From an uncultured Melioribacter sp. (GTDB lineage: Bacteria; Bacteroidota; Ignavibacteria; Ignavibacteriales; Melioribacteraceae): a DNA stretch of 64,000 bases. Location of the stretch: assembly GCA_964532065.1 (NCBI GenBank), contig CAZHHG010000001.1:35811-99810 (forward strand). The letters run 5' to 3'. Below are positions 28,887-38,389 of the stretch, piece after piece. The position numbers and the translations under genes were made by a program. The notes beneath the pieces were generated by a model. That model worked only from the letters and a program-made list of their open reading frames with translations. It did no database searches and was not told the DNA's origin. Numbering within the stretch: the first letter of the stretch is position 1; the number at the start of each line of letters is the position of its first letter.

Positions 28887-31298
28887 TTAAAAACCCCTGT
28901 TGGCAGCGTCTCTGCCGTCATCAATATTCCTATCCCGTCTTTCTTTATAGTCATTAAACATATAGGAAATACCGATTCCGATGCTTCTGCTGTTCCGCAT
29001 TTCATAATAACTTCTTGTATAGTAGTTCCCGCCAATCGATTCGTTATTACCTTTTTGTCCATTGAGAATATCATTAATCATTATATACACACGCAATTTT
29101 CTATCCATGAACATTTTGTTGAAAAACAGGGAGAGATTTTTCATTTCGCTTCTTACTGTCCGGCGATTTTCAATTTTAGGCATGTAGTACAACGAAACGT
29201 AAGCCTCAATATCATACCAGAGTTTAAGACCAAGATTTGCATTTAGCGTATATGTTTTATTCGTTAATGATAAGTCCTCGGCAAGATACTGTCCCGATTG
29301 TTTAGCATACCTGTAATTAAAAGAGACATAAAACGAGGTAATAAAATCAGGAAGATGGATCGGCATCATCGGCGAATTGTAATAAGGAAGTGTAAGATTT
29401 ACACCGTAGGCTTTTTCGCTGTTAAGATTTAGGAAAGTTGAAACGATTGTTGAATCGTTCTCCGTTGCCATCGCAGAAGTAAAACTTCCGGTTGTATAGT
29501 TATAGAACAGACTAATGTATTGAGAAAGATTTATGGCATACGAATTAAGGTATGTCGGTTTTAGTTTAGGATTACCGGAGAAGAATGAATTCGGCCCGGT
29601 GTATTGTCTGAACGGATTGATGTAAAATATCTGCGGATAAGTTACCCTTCTGAATGCATTAAACGAAAGCTGGAATAGATCGCTTATCTTGTAACTTACA
29701 TTCAAATTAGGGAAGAAGCTTAAAAAGTTTTCGGAGAATTCAATCTTCTGAGTTACCTGATTACCCTTAGTATTGAGGTTCTCGGATCTCAGTCCAAGTT
29801 TAAGATCAAAGTCGCCTAATTTGTGAGCATATGCTGCATAAACAGCATTGATTAATTCGTTATAACGGAATTCGTTGCTTAGGTTAAGACTATCTCTCCA
29901 GCCGGAGAATTGATAAATATAATCCTCAACCATGTAATCATTGGATCTGGTTCTGTATGTCATGTTATATCCCGCTTCCAATCTATTCAGGCCAACGGGC
30001 AGAACATAATCGGCCTTAAGAATTAATGTTTTTGCATTAACGTCCGTATTACTTTTCTGAAGCTGGGGAGTATTGATTCTGTTACTGTATTTTAGATTCA
30101 TATCCGCGTTTGTAGGATTGCCAAATAATGTCAGCATGGCATCAAATGTAAGTTCGTTTCCTTTTGTTGCAAATTTCTTTTTATAAAATCCGTAAAAGGA
30201 TAGACTGTTATTAACACCATCGTTATTACCGATCCTGTCGTAGCTGTATTGAAAAATATTGTTCTGATTATTAACGAGTGAGTTTCCATCGTTGCGGGAA
30301 CTGTATTTATAACCATTATAGGTAGTAAAAAACGTCATAGAATTATTCTCATCAAAATCGTAATCGAAACCGAATTTGAAGTAGCCGGAATAGAAAGTGT
30401 TTTTGCCATCACCAATTGTTTTTTGATAATACATATTAGGACTTGTATACACATACCGTTCGGACTCATTAAAATTATCCATTGCAAAGTAGCTTCCGTA
30501 AGCCTGACCGAAGAAATTGAATTTATCCACCTTATAATTGAGGTAAGCGCCGCCGAAGCTGTTTTTATTAGACGATGAACTTATGCTAAGCATTCCGCTT
30601 GTATTACTGAATGTTTCCCTTTTTGTAATCAGGTTAAGAATATAGGTTCCGCCTTCTGCGCTTTCTTTTGCGCCGGGCGCAAGTACAACTTCAACCTGAT
30701 CAATCATTGTAGCCGGTAACTGCGAAAGCATTTCTGCCGGCATGTTATACTCGTGTCCGTCCATTTTTATTTTTATCGCCTGGCCGCGGACAGTAATTTT
30801 ATTTGTAGAAGGCTCAACTTCCACCAGTCCGGAATTTTTAAGCGCGTCAGTCACAGAGCCGGAATTCCCGGGTAGACGGTCCATGTTGATTACCTGTCGG
30901 TCGGCATAAAATTCTACAACAGGTTTAATTGCTTTAACAACAACCTCCGGTAGATCGATAGTTGTACCCATTAATTTAATCAATCCGATGCGCGACGACT
31001 TCGATACATCGACGGAATCAATTAATTGAGATTGATAACCGACCATTGAGAACCTTACTTTAACATTACTCTCGGGAATATTTTCGACGGTAAAATTCCC
31101 CTTATTATCCGATGCGGCTCCCGCAATCTGTTCACCGGTGGAGCGTGACAATACAAGAACTGAGACCCCAACGAGAGGTTCGTTTGACTTAAAATCTACA
31201 ACTGCACCTATTAAACTGAATTTTTCTGATTTGTTTTGAGCAAAGCTAAGTGAAGTAAATAGAAGTATAGTGATAAAAAAGATAAAGCGGGATTTCAT
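28887..31298 (-). CDS. TonB-dependent-receptor-like outer-membrane beta-barrel protein with N-terminal CarboxypepD_reg domain
   Basis: 803 aa with a signal peptide. It has a carboxypeptidase-regulatory-like fold (GAVVDFKSNEPLVGVSVLV...GNFTVENIP) and a plug-like segment (VTDALKNSGLVEV...ITVRGQ). A long Tyr/Asn/Ser-rich barrel ends in a terminal aromatic (...RGF). Confidence 0.85.
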   Translation of the reverse strand: MKSRFIFFITILLFTSLSFAQNKSEKFSLIGAVVDFKSNEPLVGVSVLVLSRSTGEQIAGAASDNKGNFTVENIPESNVKVRFSMVGYQSQLIDSVDVSKSSRIGLIKLMGTTIDLPEVVVKAIKPVVEFYADRQVINMDRLPGNSGSVTDALKNSGLVEVEPSTNKITVRGQAIKIKMDGHEYNMPAEMLSQLPATMIDQVEVVLAPGAKESAEGGTYILNLITKRETFSNTSGMLSISSSSNKNSFGGAYLNYKVDKFNFFGQAYGSYFAMDNFNESERYVYTSPNMYYQKTIGDGKNTFYSGYFKFGFDYDFDENNSMTFFTTYNGYKYSSRNDGNSLVNNQNNIFQYSYDRIGNNDGVNNSLSFYGFYKKKFATKGNELTFDAMLTLFGNPTNADMNLKYSNRINTPQLQKSNTDVNAKTLILKADYVLPVGLNRLEAGYNMTYRTRSNDYMVEDYIYQFSGWRDSLNLSNEFRYNELINAVYAAYAHKLGDFDLKLGLRSENLNTKGNQVTQKIEFSENFLSFFPNLNVSYKISDLFQLSFNAFRRVTYPQIFYINPFRQYTGPNSFFSGNPKLKPTYLNSYAINLSQYISLFYNYTTGSFTSAMATENDSTIVSTFLNLNSEKAYGVNLTLPYYNSPMMPIHLPDFITSFYVSFNYRYAKQSGQYLAEDLSLTNKTYTLNANLGLKLWYDIEAYVSLYYMPKIENRRTVRSEMKNLSLFFNKMFMDRKLRVYIMINDILNGQKGNNESIGGNYYTRSYYEMRNSRSIGIGISYMFNDYKERRDRNIDDGRDAANRGF

Positions 31299-31407
31299 TT
31301 TCCCCCCGGAATTTTTATTATGGATTAGTAAGGAGTATTTAATATCCTTTCTTCAACAGTTTGTTTTTTTCTCTGTCAACCTAAATTATTATAGATAAAA
31401 TTTCAAT

Positions 31408-31623
31408 TTATTTTTTCTCTTCATCCGGCAAATACTCTAATATATCTCCCGGCTGACAATCGAGAGTTTTACAAATAGATTCAAGCGTAGAAAACCGGAT
31501 TGCCTTTGCTTTCTCCGTTTTTAATACCGAAAGGTTCGCCATCGTTATATTTACCTTCTCGGCTAATTCAGTCAGACTCATTTTCCGTTTTGCCATCATT
31601 ACATCTAAGTTTACTCTTATCAT
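31408..31623 (-). CDS. Short XRE/Cro-type helix-turn-helix transcriptional regulator (YozG-like)
   Basis: 71 aa. The pattern MAKRKMSLTELAEKVNITMANLSVLKTEKAKAIRFSTLESICKTLDCQPGDILEY is characteristic of the ~70-aa HTH_26/YozG family. Confidence 0.85.
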   Translation of the reverse strand: MIRVNLDVMMAKRKMSLTELAEKVNITMANLSVLKTEKAKAIRFSTLESICKTLDCQPGDILEYLPDEEKK

Positions 31624-31632
31624 ATAATCGCC

Positions 31633-32208
31633 TCATACAGTTAAATCGTTTTCTTGTTTTAGTTTTGCAGCGTGAATTATTATCTCACCAATTACATATA
31701 CAAACATACCGATGATTAAAAAGGGACTGAAAACAATTTCTATAAGATTTGCTAACTTAGCCAGGAAATTTGTAATAAAAGAAACCGGTACTGAAAAACC
31801 CGGCATGCTTAATACTTCAGCAAGTTGATAGATAAGTGCAAGTAACATCGTAATAATCCCGACGAACTTGAGATGCTTTCCGTTTTCTTCAATGAAGGGA
31901 TTTTCTTCAAATACATTCTTGATAAAAGCTGTTAATTTTCTCAAAGAGAAGTAGAGACTTAAAAATATTACTATATCTAATAAAAGAATCAGAGACACAA
32001 GAAAGATATTGCTCGAATTCAAAAGCGCTGGATTATTACTGAGTAGATTGAAATAATCAATTTCGTCAAGTGTAATCCTTCCAATTGGAACACCATTCAA
32101 AATAATCTCAAAAAGAAATACCAAAACCAGAATTGGAAGTAACTTAAGAAACAGATCCAGATAAGCATATACAAATTTTACACTCAAATTTTCTTTAAAC
32201 GATTCCAT
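31633..32208 (-). CDS. Membrane protein, DUF2975-like, upstream partner of the YozG-like HTH
   Basis: 191 aa with 4-5 TM helices. Only 9 nt separate it from the HTH gene. A membrane protein followed by a short HTH is the arrangement I associate with DUF2975. The family call is from memory. Confidence 0.65.
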   Translation of the reverse strand: MESFKENLSVKFVYAYLDLFLKLLPILVLVFLFEIILNGVPIGRITLDEIDYFNLLSNNPALLNSSNIFLVSLILLLDIVIFLSLYFSLRKLTAFIKNVFEENPFIEENGKHLKFVGIITMLLALIYQLAEVLSMPGFSVPVSFITNFLAKLANLIEIVFSPFLIIGMFVYVIGEIIIHAAKLKQENDLTV

Positions 32209-32578
32209 TTTAACCTCTCTTTTAAATTTACAATCGGATTGCTACTATCAAGCTATAAAATTATTTTCCTTTTGTCAAGTAATTTTTACTGTTTATCAAT
32301 AAATATTTCGCTATACTCGATAATTGTCTATTCGGGTGCTTTTTTGATTATCCTACGTAGGTGTCTTTATCAGTTTGAGGTTGAAATGAAAAAATCGATT
32401 CCTTTAATCCGAATCTGCAACAGAAAAGATTCTGTGCTTCCGGGTGTCTCTTCAAAACTGGTTCAGTTGGAAGTTGCAGGTTAAATCATTCACATAGATG
32501 GAATGCGGATGATCCTTCGATAAACCCAGGATCATAAACTGATTATGCGGTTAACCCCGGATTTTCAGATAATTACAT

Positions 32579-33109
32579 TTACGACTTCGCACCGGCTTCT
32601 TTAATTACTCTGTACAATTCATTCGCTCTTTCGGAGCTAATCAATAAATTTTTTCCGTTCTTCAGATGTATGTGAACTCCGACTTTCCCTTTCATAATAT
32701 ACCCCGTTGTTCTCCACCGTATCGAATATCGCAAACCCCATCCGCCGAAATCAATGATCGGGTTAAACTCTTTTATCTCGAATGAGTTGATATTACTAAT
32801 AAGCACTTCTCTTCTATTTATCGGGTAAAAACGAATGTAGATTTTTTCGTTATCAACTTTTACTGTAAGCGTCATAACATAAAAGAGCCAGATAAGAAAG
32901 ATCATTAACGGAATTACAAGGAATGACATTACAATCAACCATGCATCCGATAGCGGATCAGAACCCACGGGTTGTTTTAATACCAATTGACTGTAAAGTG
33001 AATAGATTTGAAATATAATAAATCCGACACAGACCGGAGTCATTAAGAATAGATTCCACTTCTGGTTTAATCTTTCCTCTTCGAAGAAGAGCGGTTTCTC
33101 AGTTTTCAT
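32579..33109 (-). CDS. Hypothetical membrane protein (two TM helices plus a bacterial-PH-like C-terminal domain)
   Basis: The start was moved to ATG 33107-33109 (MKTEKPLFFEE...), 5 nt after the upstream stop; the ORF-track start at 33181 would overlap the preceding gene by 67 nt. There are two hydrophobic helices followed by a beta-rich domain. Confidence 0.6.
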   Translation of the reverse strand: MKTEKPLFFEEERLNQKWNLFLMTPVCVGFIIFQIYSLYSQLVLKQPVGSDPLSDAWLIVMSFLVIPLMIFLIWLFYVMTLTVKVDNEKIYIRFYPINRREVLISNINSFEIKEFNPIIDFGGWGLRYSIRWRTTGYIMKGKVGVHIHLKNGKNLLISSERANELYRVIKEAGAKS

Positions 33110-33114
33110 TTTAT

Positions 33115-33792
33115 TCACATATTTTTTCGTATATATGTTTTGGGGTTTGTTAACTCGCGCAATGCATCGTTTGCAATCCACCGTGCGGATTTGGAATCAA
33201 TTGATTTAATCTCTTCCGCAAGTTTAATAGCATGTTCTCTAAGGAATAAACTCCGTTTTCCGATTTGTCTAAGAGACCAGTTAACAGCTTTTTTTACAAA
33301 GTTTCGCTCGTCAGTAGAATATTTTTTAATCAATGGGAAAAACTGAAGAAACTCTTCGTCGCTTCTCTTCTTGTCGTGTACAGTAAGATAGGCAATCATC
33401 GAAAATCCTGTACGCCTTACAAACTCCTTATTACTCTTTACCCATCCGGGAATCATATCATAAGCATGATCTGTTTTACGGAATAAGTTTGAACACGATC
33501 CATCAACAATATCCCAGGAGTTAAAATCCTTAATCCAGTTGTTCATTAAGGATTTTGTTGTAAGCTTAGGATCCGCAATCATTGTTGCAACATGCCGTGC
33601 TTCGTGATAACCGCTCTCCCACAGCTTAACTGCCAGTTCGTGATTCTTACCAATTTTCTTAGCAAGCTTCCGCATAACCGGAACGTTTACACCGAACGCT
33701 TTTTCAACATTAATCCCGAACCGCTTCATCCCTTCCCTATTATATTCGCTCCCGCTTTTTTTTAGTTCGGCAATAACTTCTTTAACATTCAT
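33115..33792 (-). CDS. DNA alkylation repair protein (AlkD/HEAT-repeat-like family)
   Basis: 225 aa. MNVKEVIAELKKSGSEYNREGMKRFGIN...PVMRKLAKKIGKNHELAVKLWESGYHEARHVA...W.KDFNSWDIVD matches the DNA_alkylation (PF08713-type) pattern. Confidence 0.85.
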   Translation of the reverse strand: MNVKEVIAELKKSGSEYNREGMKRFGINVEKAFGVNVPVMRKLAKKIGKNHELAVKLWESGYHEARHVATMIADPKLTTKSLMNNWIKDFNSWDIVDGSCSNLFRKTDHAYDMIPGWVKSNKEFVRRTGFSMIAYLTVHDKKRSDEEFLQFFPLIKKYSTDERNFVKKAVNWSLRQIGKRSLFLREHAIKLAEEIKSIDSKSARWIANDALRELTNPKTYIRKNM

Positions 33793-33916
33793 AATAATCG
33801 CTCCGGTAAAAAAATATTCGTAATAAAACTTTCGTTTAGTTAGATTTGATCATAACATAATGTTTATGAAACTTCTTTTCAATCCTAATTTAATCAAACT
33901 ATACGGCGGGGTATTT

Positions 33917-35032
33917 ATGAAGAAAACAATAATCACACTGTTATTGCTTCTTTTTAACTCCGGCTTTTTAATTTCACAACAGACTTATAATAATCCCCGC
34001 GCACGCGACATAGGATTATTTGTCGGCACCATGCAAACCGGAATCCTTAATTCAATTACGGATGTTCCCGGAGTCCTGGTAGGACATAAAACTTTATTAA
34101 AAGATGAAGAGATAAGGACGGGTGTTACCGCCGTACTTCCGCATGGTGGAAATATTTTTAAGGAAAAAGCACCCGGCGCGATTTCTGCTTTCAACGGATT
34201 CGGAAAGCTTGCGGGATATACTCAGGTTGAAGAACTCGGCAATATCGAGACGCCGATAATTCTTACAAACACGTTAAGTGTAGGAACCGCCGTTAAAGCG
34301 ACAGTAAAATATATTTTGAATCAACCGGGTAATGAAGATGTCCGTTCGGTTAATGCGGTAGTCGGTGAAACTAATGATGGATACCTGAACGATATTAGGG
34401 GCATGCATGTTAAGGAAGAGGATGTAATTGACGCTATTGAATCCGCCAGTTCAGGAATAATTGAGGAAGGGAGCGTAGGGGCAGGAACGGGAACGGTTGC
34501 ATTCGGAATTAAAGGCGGAATTGGAACCGCATCTCGTATTGCGCCTATCGGCAGTTCGAATTATACTGTTGGTGTTATAGTTCAGACGAATTTCGGGCGC
34601 GAGCTGATAATAAGCGGAATTAATTATACTCAAAAATCGAAGGAGAATGGGATTCAGCGTAAAGAGGATGGTTCATGTATGATAATAATTGCAACCGACG
34701 CTCCGCTGTCTGTATTGAATCTCAAGCGTCTGGCAAACCGTTCGTTTATCGGAATGGGAAGAACAACTACAGTTATGACGAACGGTTCGGGAGATTATTC
34801 CATCGCGTTCTCCACCGCTTACAGAATACCGCATGAACCCGTTGACGGTAAATATAGAGTACCCGACCTAATTGACAACAACGCAATGACTATATTATTT
34901 CAAGCGGTTGAGGAAGCAACTCAGGAAGCTATATACAATTCGCTTCTTGCAGCAGATGAAGTAAATGGAATTAAAGGAAGAACGGTTGAAACAATCTCAA
35001 TTAACAAATTGAAAGAGCTGTTGAAAAAATAA
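33917..35032 (+). CDS. P1/S58-family aminopeptidase (DmpA/BapA-like), secreted
   Basis: The start was moved to ATG 33917 (MKKTIITLLLLLF..., a signal peptide). ITDVPGVLVGH, VVGETNDG and the self-processing region GAGTGTVAFGIKGGIGTASR are typical of DmpA-type Ntn hydrolases. Confidence 0.85.
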   Translation: MKKTIITLLLLLFNSGFLISQQTYNNPRARDIGLFVGTMQTGILNSITDVPGVLVGHKTLLKDEEIRTGVTAVLPHGGNIFKEKAPGAISAFNGFGKLAGYTQVEELGNIETPIILTNTLSVGTAVKATVKYILNQPGNEDVRSVNAVVGETNDGYLNDIRGMHVKEEDVIDAIESASSGIIEEGSVGAGTGTVAFGIKGGIGTASRIAPIGSSNYTVGVIVQTNFGRELIISGINYTQKSKENGIQRKEDGSCMIIIATDAPLSVLNLKRLANRSFIGMGRTTTVMTNGSGDYSIAFSTAYRIPHEPVDGKYRVPDLIDNNAMTILFQAVEEATQEAIYNSLLAADEVNGIKGRTVETISINKLKELLKK

Positions 35033-35099
35033 AACAGACTATCTTCGGTAAATGCGTTAATACTAACGAAGGTATTATCCTTCCGGGTTCATAATCCGA

Positions 35100-36353
35100 T
35101 TAATCACCGAAGCGGGGATTTATCGCATTATTATAGATTGAACCGAAAGAATATGAAACTCCGATTCCGAATTCATAAGAATACTGAGTTGCAATTTCCT
35201 TCCTTTGAAGAAGTATCTCATCAAGTGAGGCCTGTCCGCGAGGCAGCGCCAGCTGATTATTTATTTTAGAATACCGCGCCCTTAGGTCGAGTGAAAAACC
35301 TTTTAGAACTTTTAACGAGAGAAATCCGTCTGTACTGAAAGAATAAAGACCGAAATCGTGCAGGTAATTCGAGCCGGTTAAACGGAATCCTGAATTGCCC
35401 CACGGTTCAATTACCTCAAAAGAAAATCTTAATAACTGACTAAAGAGATTTTCTTTGGTTTTTAGATAGATCGTCTCCATAAAATATTGGTTATGATTTA
35501 TATGGATTCTGTATTCAACCCGGAATTGCCTTTGATTGGCTTCTGAATAAGGGAAAAAATTATATTCCAGCCCGGGGGCAAAACTAAGGCCCAGCTTCAT
35601 GTTGTTATATGTCGATTGATTAAAAGACGACCAGATTCCCCATGACCATTTGCCGTCAATCGCTTTAATGAAAGTCGCCGAAGCATTATAACGCCTTGAA
35701 ATACTCACGATTTTCTCGTCGTCATAATCATAATTGCTTTCATTATAATTCGCAGATCCCCACAAATAAATTTTTGAATCCTCTGTAATCCTGTTTACCG
35801 ATACCGAGGTTCCAAGGCTGCTGTGTTTTGTAGTCTGCTGTCCGCTAAGCGAGGTATTCAGGCTTGTTCTGAAAACCCAGTGATCCCATTCGTCAGAAAC
35901 TGATTGAAGATTCTGACTGTTCCCTGATCCGTTTGTAAAACTGATTTTCATCTTATCCGCGATCGGAGACTTGAAGATGAATTTTACAAGCCCCGCTTTA
36001 AGCGCGGCAACCATTTTAATTCTTTTCTCGTCCTCCGTATCGATCTGATTTGTTACATATTTAACAGTATCACTTATTCCTCTAAAGTCAGAACGCCCGA
36101 TAAAGAGAAGTATGTTTTCTCTTCCGCCCGAGCCGGTTCTCTGATCGGTAAAGAGCACGTAAATATCGGCCTCTGTCCTGTCTGTAACGTAATTCAGAAC
36201 AGGAATCTGTTCTTTTATATAGCTCATATCGCAGCGGCAATCAAGAAATATTTTGGGTGCGCCCTCCTTGACAAGCAATTGTGAAATGATTGGAGCAGGA
36301 GATGTAATTAGAAAAACGAATAAAAGTGAGGTGAATAATATTTTGCTTTTCAT
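35100..36353 (-). CDS. Hypothetical two-domain outer-membrane protein, paralog A
   Basis: The ORF-track start at 36416 is a TTG; ATG 36351-36353 (MKSKILFTSLLFVFL...) gives a proper signal peptide. The sequence is clearly homologous along its whole length to the upstream neighbour (36481-37776). The C-terminal half has an alternating beta-strand pattern and ends in ...NPRFGD. Confidence 0.7.
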   Translation of the reverse strand: MKSKILFTSLLFVFLITSPAPIISQLLVKEGAPKIFLDCRCDMSYIKEQIPVLNYVTDRTEADIYVLFTDQRTGSGGRENILLFIGRSDFRGISDTVKYVTNQIDTEDEKRIKMVAALKAGLVKFIFKSPIADKMKISFTNGSGNSQNLQSVSDEWDHWVFRTSLNTSLSGQQTTKHSSLGTSVSVNRITEDSKIYLWGSANYNESNYDYDDEKIVSISRRYNASATFIKAIDGKWSWGIWSSFNQSTYNNMKLGLSFAPGLEYNFFPYSEANQRQFRVEYRIHINHNQYFMETIYLKTKENLFSQLLRFSFEVIEPWGNSGFRLTGSNYLHDFGLYSFSTDGFLSLKVLKGFSLDLRARYSKINNQLALPRGQASLDEILLQRKEIATQYSYEFGIGVSYSFGSIYNNAINPRFGD

Positions 36354-36480
36354 ATGGAAGTGGAAGTATAATCGCGAAATTTTTAATGCGTAAAATAACC
36401 TATAAATAATCTTCAATGCAAAGGGAAGTCGGATAGAAAACGACTTCCCTTCTTGAAAAAAGGATTAAAAGTCCGGATGG

Positions 36481-37776
36481 CTAATTGGAAATGATAATGG
36501 TAGAACCGCCCCCGCCGCCGCCGAATCTTGGATTTACAATATTATTATAGATCGAACCGAATGAATATGAGATTCCGAAACCTCCCCAGTATGAATACCC
36601 GGTTTCAAGTTGTCTTCGCTGCAATAATACTTCTTCCAGAGAAGCACTGCCTCGCGGAAGCGAAATCTGATTCCTGATCTTTGTATATCCTCCGTATACA
36701 CTGAAAGACAATCCTTTTACAATTTTCCAGGAAACCGTTCCAAAGATATCGAGCTCATACTTATTGAAATCGTGTAAGTAGTTTGCGCCGGTAAGAGTAA
36801 GGCTTGTACTTCCCCACGGTTCAATTATCGATAAGGTTGCCGAGAGCTCCTGGCTAATTAGTGATTCTTTGTTTTTAAAAAAGATTGTTTCTTCAAAATA
36901 GCGGTTATAAGTAGGTGAAATTCTGTAATTTATTCTTAACTGTCTCTGATTCGATTCTGAATACGGAAAAACATTATACTCAACCGTCGGGGCAAAATAA
37001 GCGCTTAATGAAATATTGGAATATGTTGATCTGAATGCATACGAAGTAAAGCCCCACGACCAGTGATCATCGATCGAGAAATAAACCGAGCCGTTAAAGC
37101 TTTGATTACGGGATACGCTTTTTATATTGACGTCCTGTATCCCGTCAAAAAAATTGAAATTGTTTTCGGTATATGAATTGGAGAGACGCAAATTTACTTT
37201 CAGATCCTCTGTTACCCTGTTTGCGCTGAACGATCCGTTCAGCCAGTTGTAATTACTTCTTTCTTCTCCGTTGATACTGCTGTTAATGCTTGCCTGGAAA
37301 TACCAGAAATCCCAATCGTCTTCGGATTTTTCTGTCTGCTCTTTCGGTTTTGCGAATGAAATGGTCATCTGATCGGCTACTTCCGTTTTACCGATATATC
37401 TTACAAGTCCTATCTTAAGATTATTAACTGTTTTTTCTCTTACTTTATCGTCCGTGTCTGTCTGATCAGTGGCAAATTTAACCGTATCATTAATTCCATT
37501 AAAACTGTTGTTGCCGATAAAGAAAAGTGAGTATTGAGTTCCGTTAGCGCCGGTGCTCTGAGTAACAAATAGAATATGAACATCGGCGTCGTTACGGTCA
37601 TTAACATAATTAACAATTTGTATCTGTTCTTTAATATAGTTTATGTCGCACAATCCGCAGTCGATATAAACTTTTGGAGCACCTTCCTTTATAAGACTTT
37701 GATCTGTCTGTGAAATAAGATTAGATGTTATTAATAGAAAAGTAATTGAAAACAAACGAAGTGTTCTGCTCTGCAT
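36481..37776 (-). CDS. Hypothetical two-domain outer-membrane protein, paralog B (with Gly6 C-terminal extension)
   Basis: 431 aa with a signal peptide. It shares the strings L(I/V)KEGAPK..(I/L)DC, YIKEQI, NYV.DR..AD, EPWG, GANYLHDF, LPRG.ASL(E/D)E(V/I)LLQR and GSIYNN..NPRFG with paralog A. It has an extra tail, GGGGGSTIIISN. Confidence 0.7.
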   Translation of the reverse strand: MQSRTLRLFSITFLLITSNLISQTDQSLIKEGAPKVYIDCGLCDINYIKEQIQIVNYVNDRNDADVHILFVTQSTGANGTQYSLFFIGNNSFNGINDTVKFATDQTDTDDKVREKTVNNLKIGLVRYIGKTEVADQMTISFAKPKEQTEKSEDDWDFWYFQASINSSINGEERSNYNWLNGSFSANRVTEDLKVNLRLSNSYTENNFNFFDGIQDVNIKSVSRNQSFNGSVYFSIDDHWSWGFTSYAFRSTYSNISLSAYFAPTVEYNVFPYSESNQRQLRINYRISPTYNRYFEETIFFKNKESLISQELSATLSIIEPWGSTSLTLTGANYLHDFNKYELDIFGTVSWKIVKGLSFSVYGGYTKIRNQISLPRGSASLEEVLLQRRQLETGYSYWGGFGISYSFGSIYNNIVNPRFGGGGGGSTIIISN

Positions 37777-37957
37777 ATTCCCCCCTGTCCTGCCGGTTTA
37801 GAATGTAATAAAAGAATTTATAAGTGTTAACGTTTTTGGATCAAAAATTATTGTGTCAAAATTCACTTATTTCTTTATCACTTTCAATCAGCCGAACTAA
37901 TTTATTTGATTTTTTTTAGAATAGAGATTTGCGCCGAATGATATGCGTTATGCTGTA

Positions 37958-38377
37958 TCACTCCATAATCATTGATTTATAAGTAAATCCGGTTCCGAGT
38001 GACGCATTCCGTTCGCTTCCCGCTAATTCATCCAGTGCGGAATCCGGAAAATTTCTGATTGAACTGATAAGCCTTTCCGACTCCCGGAAAAAAGAGTTTT
38101 TAATGTCATCCCAGTCGTTTTTTATGAATCCGGAGGCATCGGGCCAGTCGCCCATTTCCGGTTCACCCGGTTCACCTCCTGTTAATCGGCGTTCAACTTC
38201 TACTGTCCATGCGGTCATATGAAGCAGAATTTCGGCAATCGAATGAATTGATTCAATAGGTTTATAAAATGCGGCCGTGCCGGTCATTCCGTTTAATATC
38301 ATGCTTACAGACGATCCATGCCAGGGATCGTCGAACACATTCCTGAATAACTCGTCCGCAAGTTCTTTAGAGTTCAT
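37958..38377 (-). CDS. DinB-family (DinB_2-like) four-helix-bundle protein
   Basis: 139 aa. The pattern DDPWHGSS......SIAEILLHMTAWTVEVERRL is typical of DinB/YfiT-like metal-binding bundles. Confidence 0.65.
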   Translation of the reverse strand: MNSKELADELFRNVFDDPWHGSSVSMILNGMTGTAAFYKPIESIHSIAEILLHMTAWTVEVERRLTGGEPGEPEMGDWPDASGFIKNDWDDIKNSFFRESERLISSIRNFPDSALDELAGSERNASLGTGFTYKSMIME

Positions 38378-38389
38378 AAGAATATTAAA

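Noticed and set aside
37916-37960. Possible premature stop or read-through at the end of the DinB-like gene (TGA followed by 13 in-frame sense codons YSITHIIRRKSLF)
   Set aside because: The extension contains one His but does not resemble the HxxxH/GQ C-terminal motif of DinB-family proteins. There is not enough evidence to call a pseudogene or recoding.
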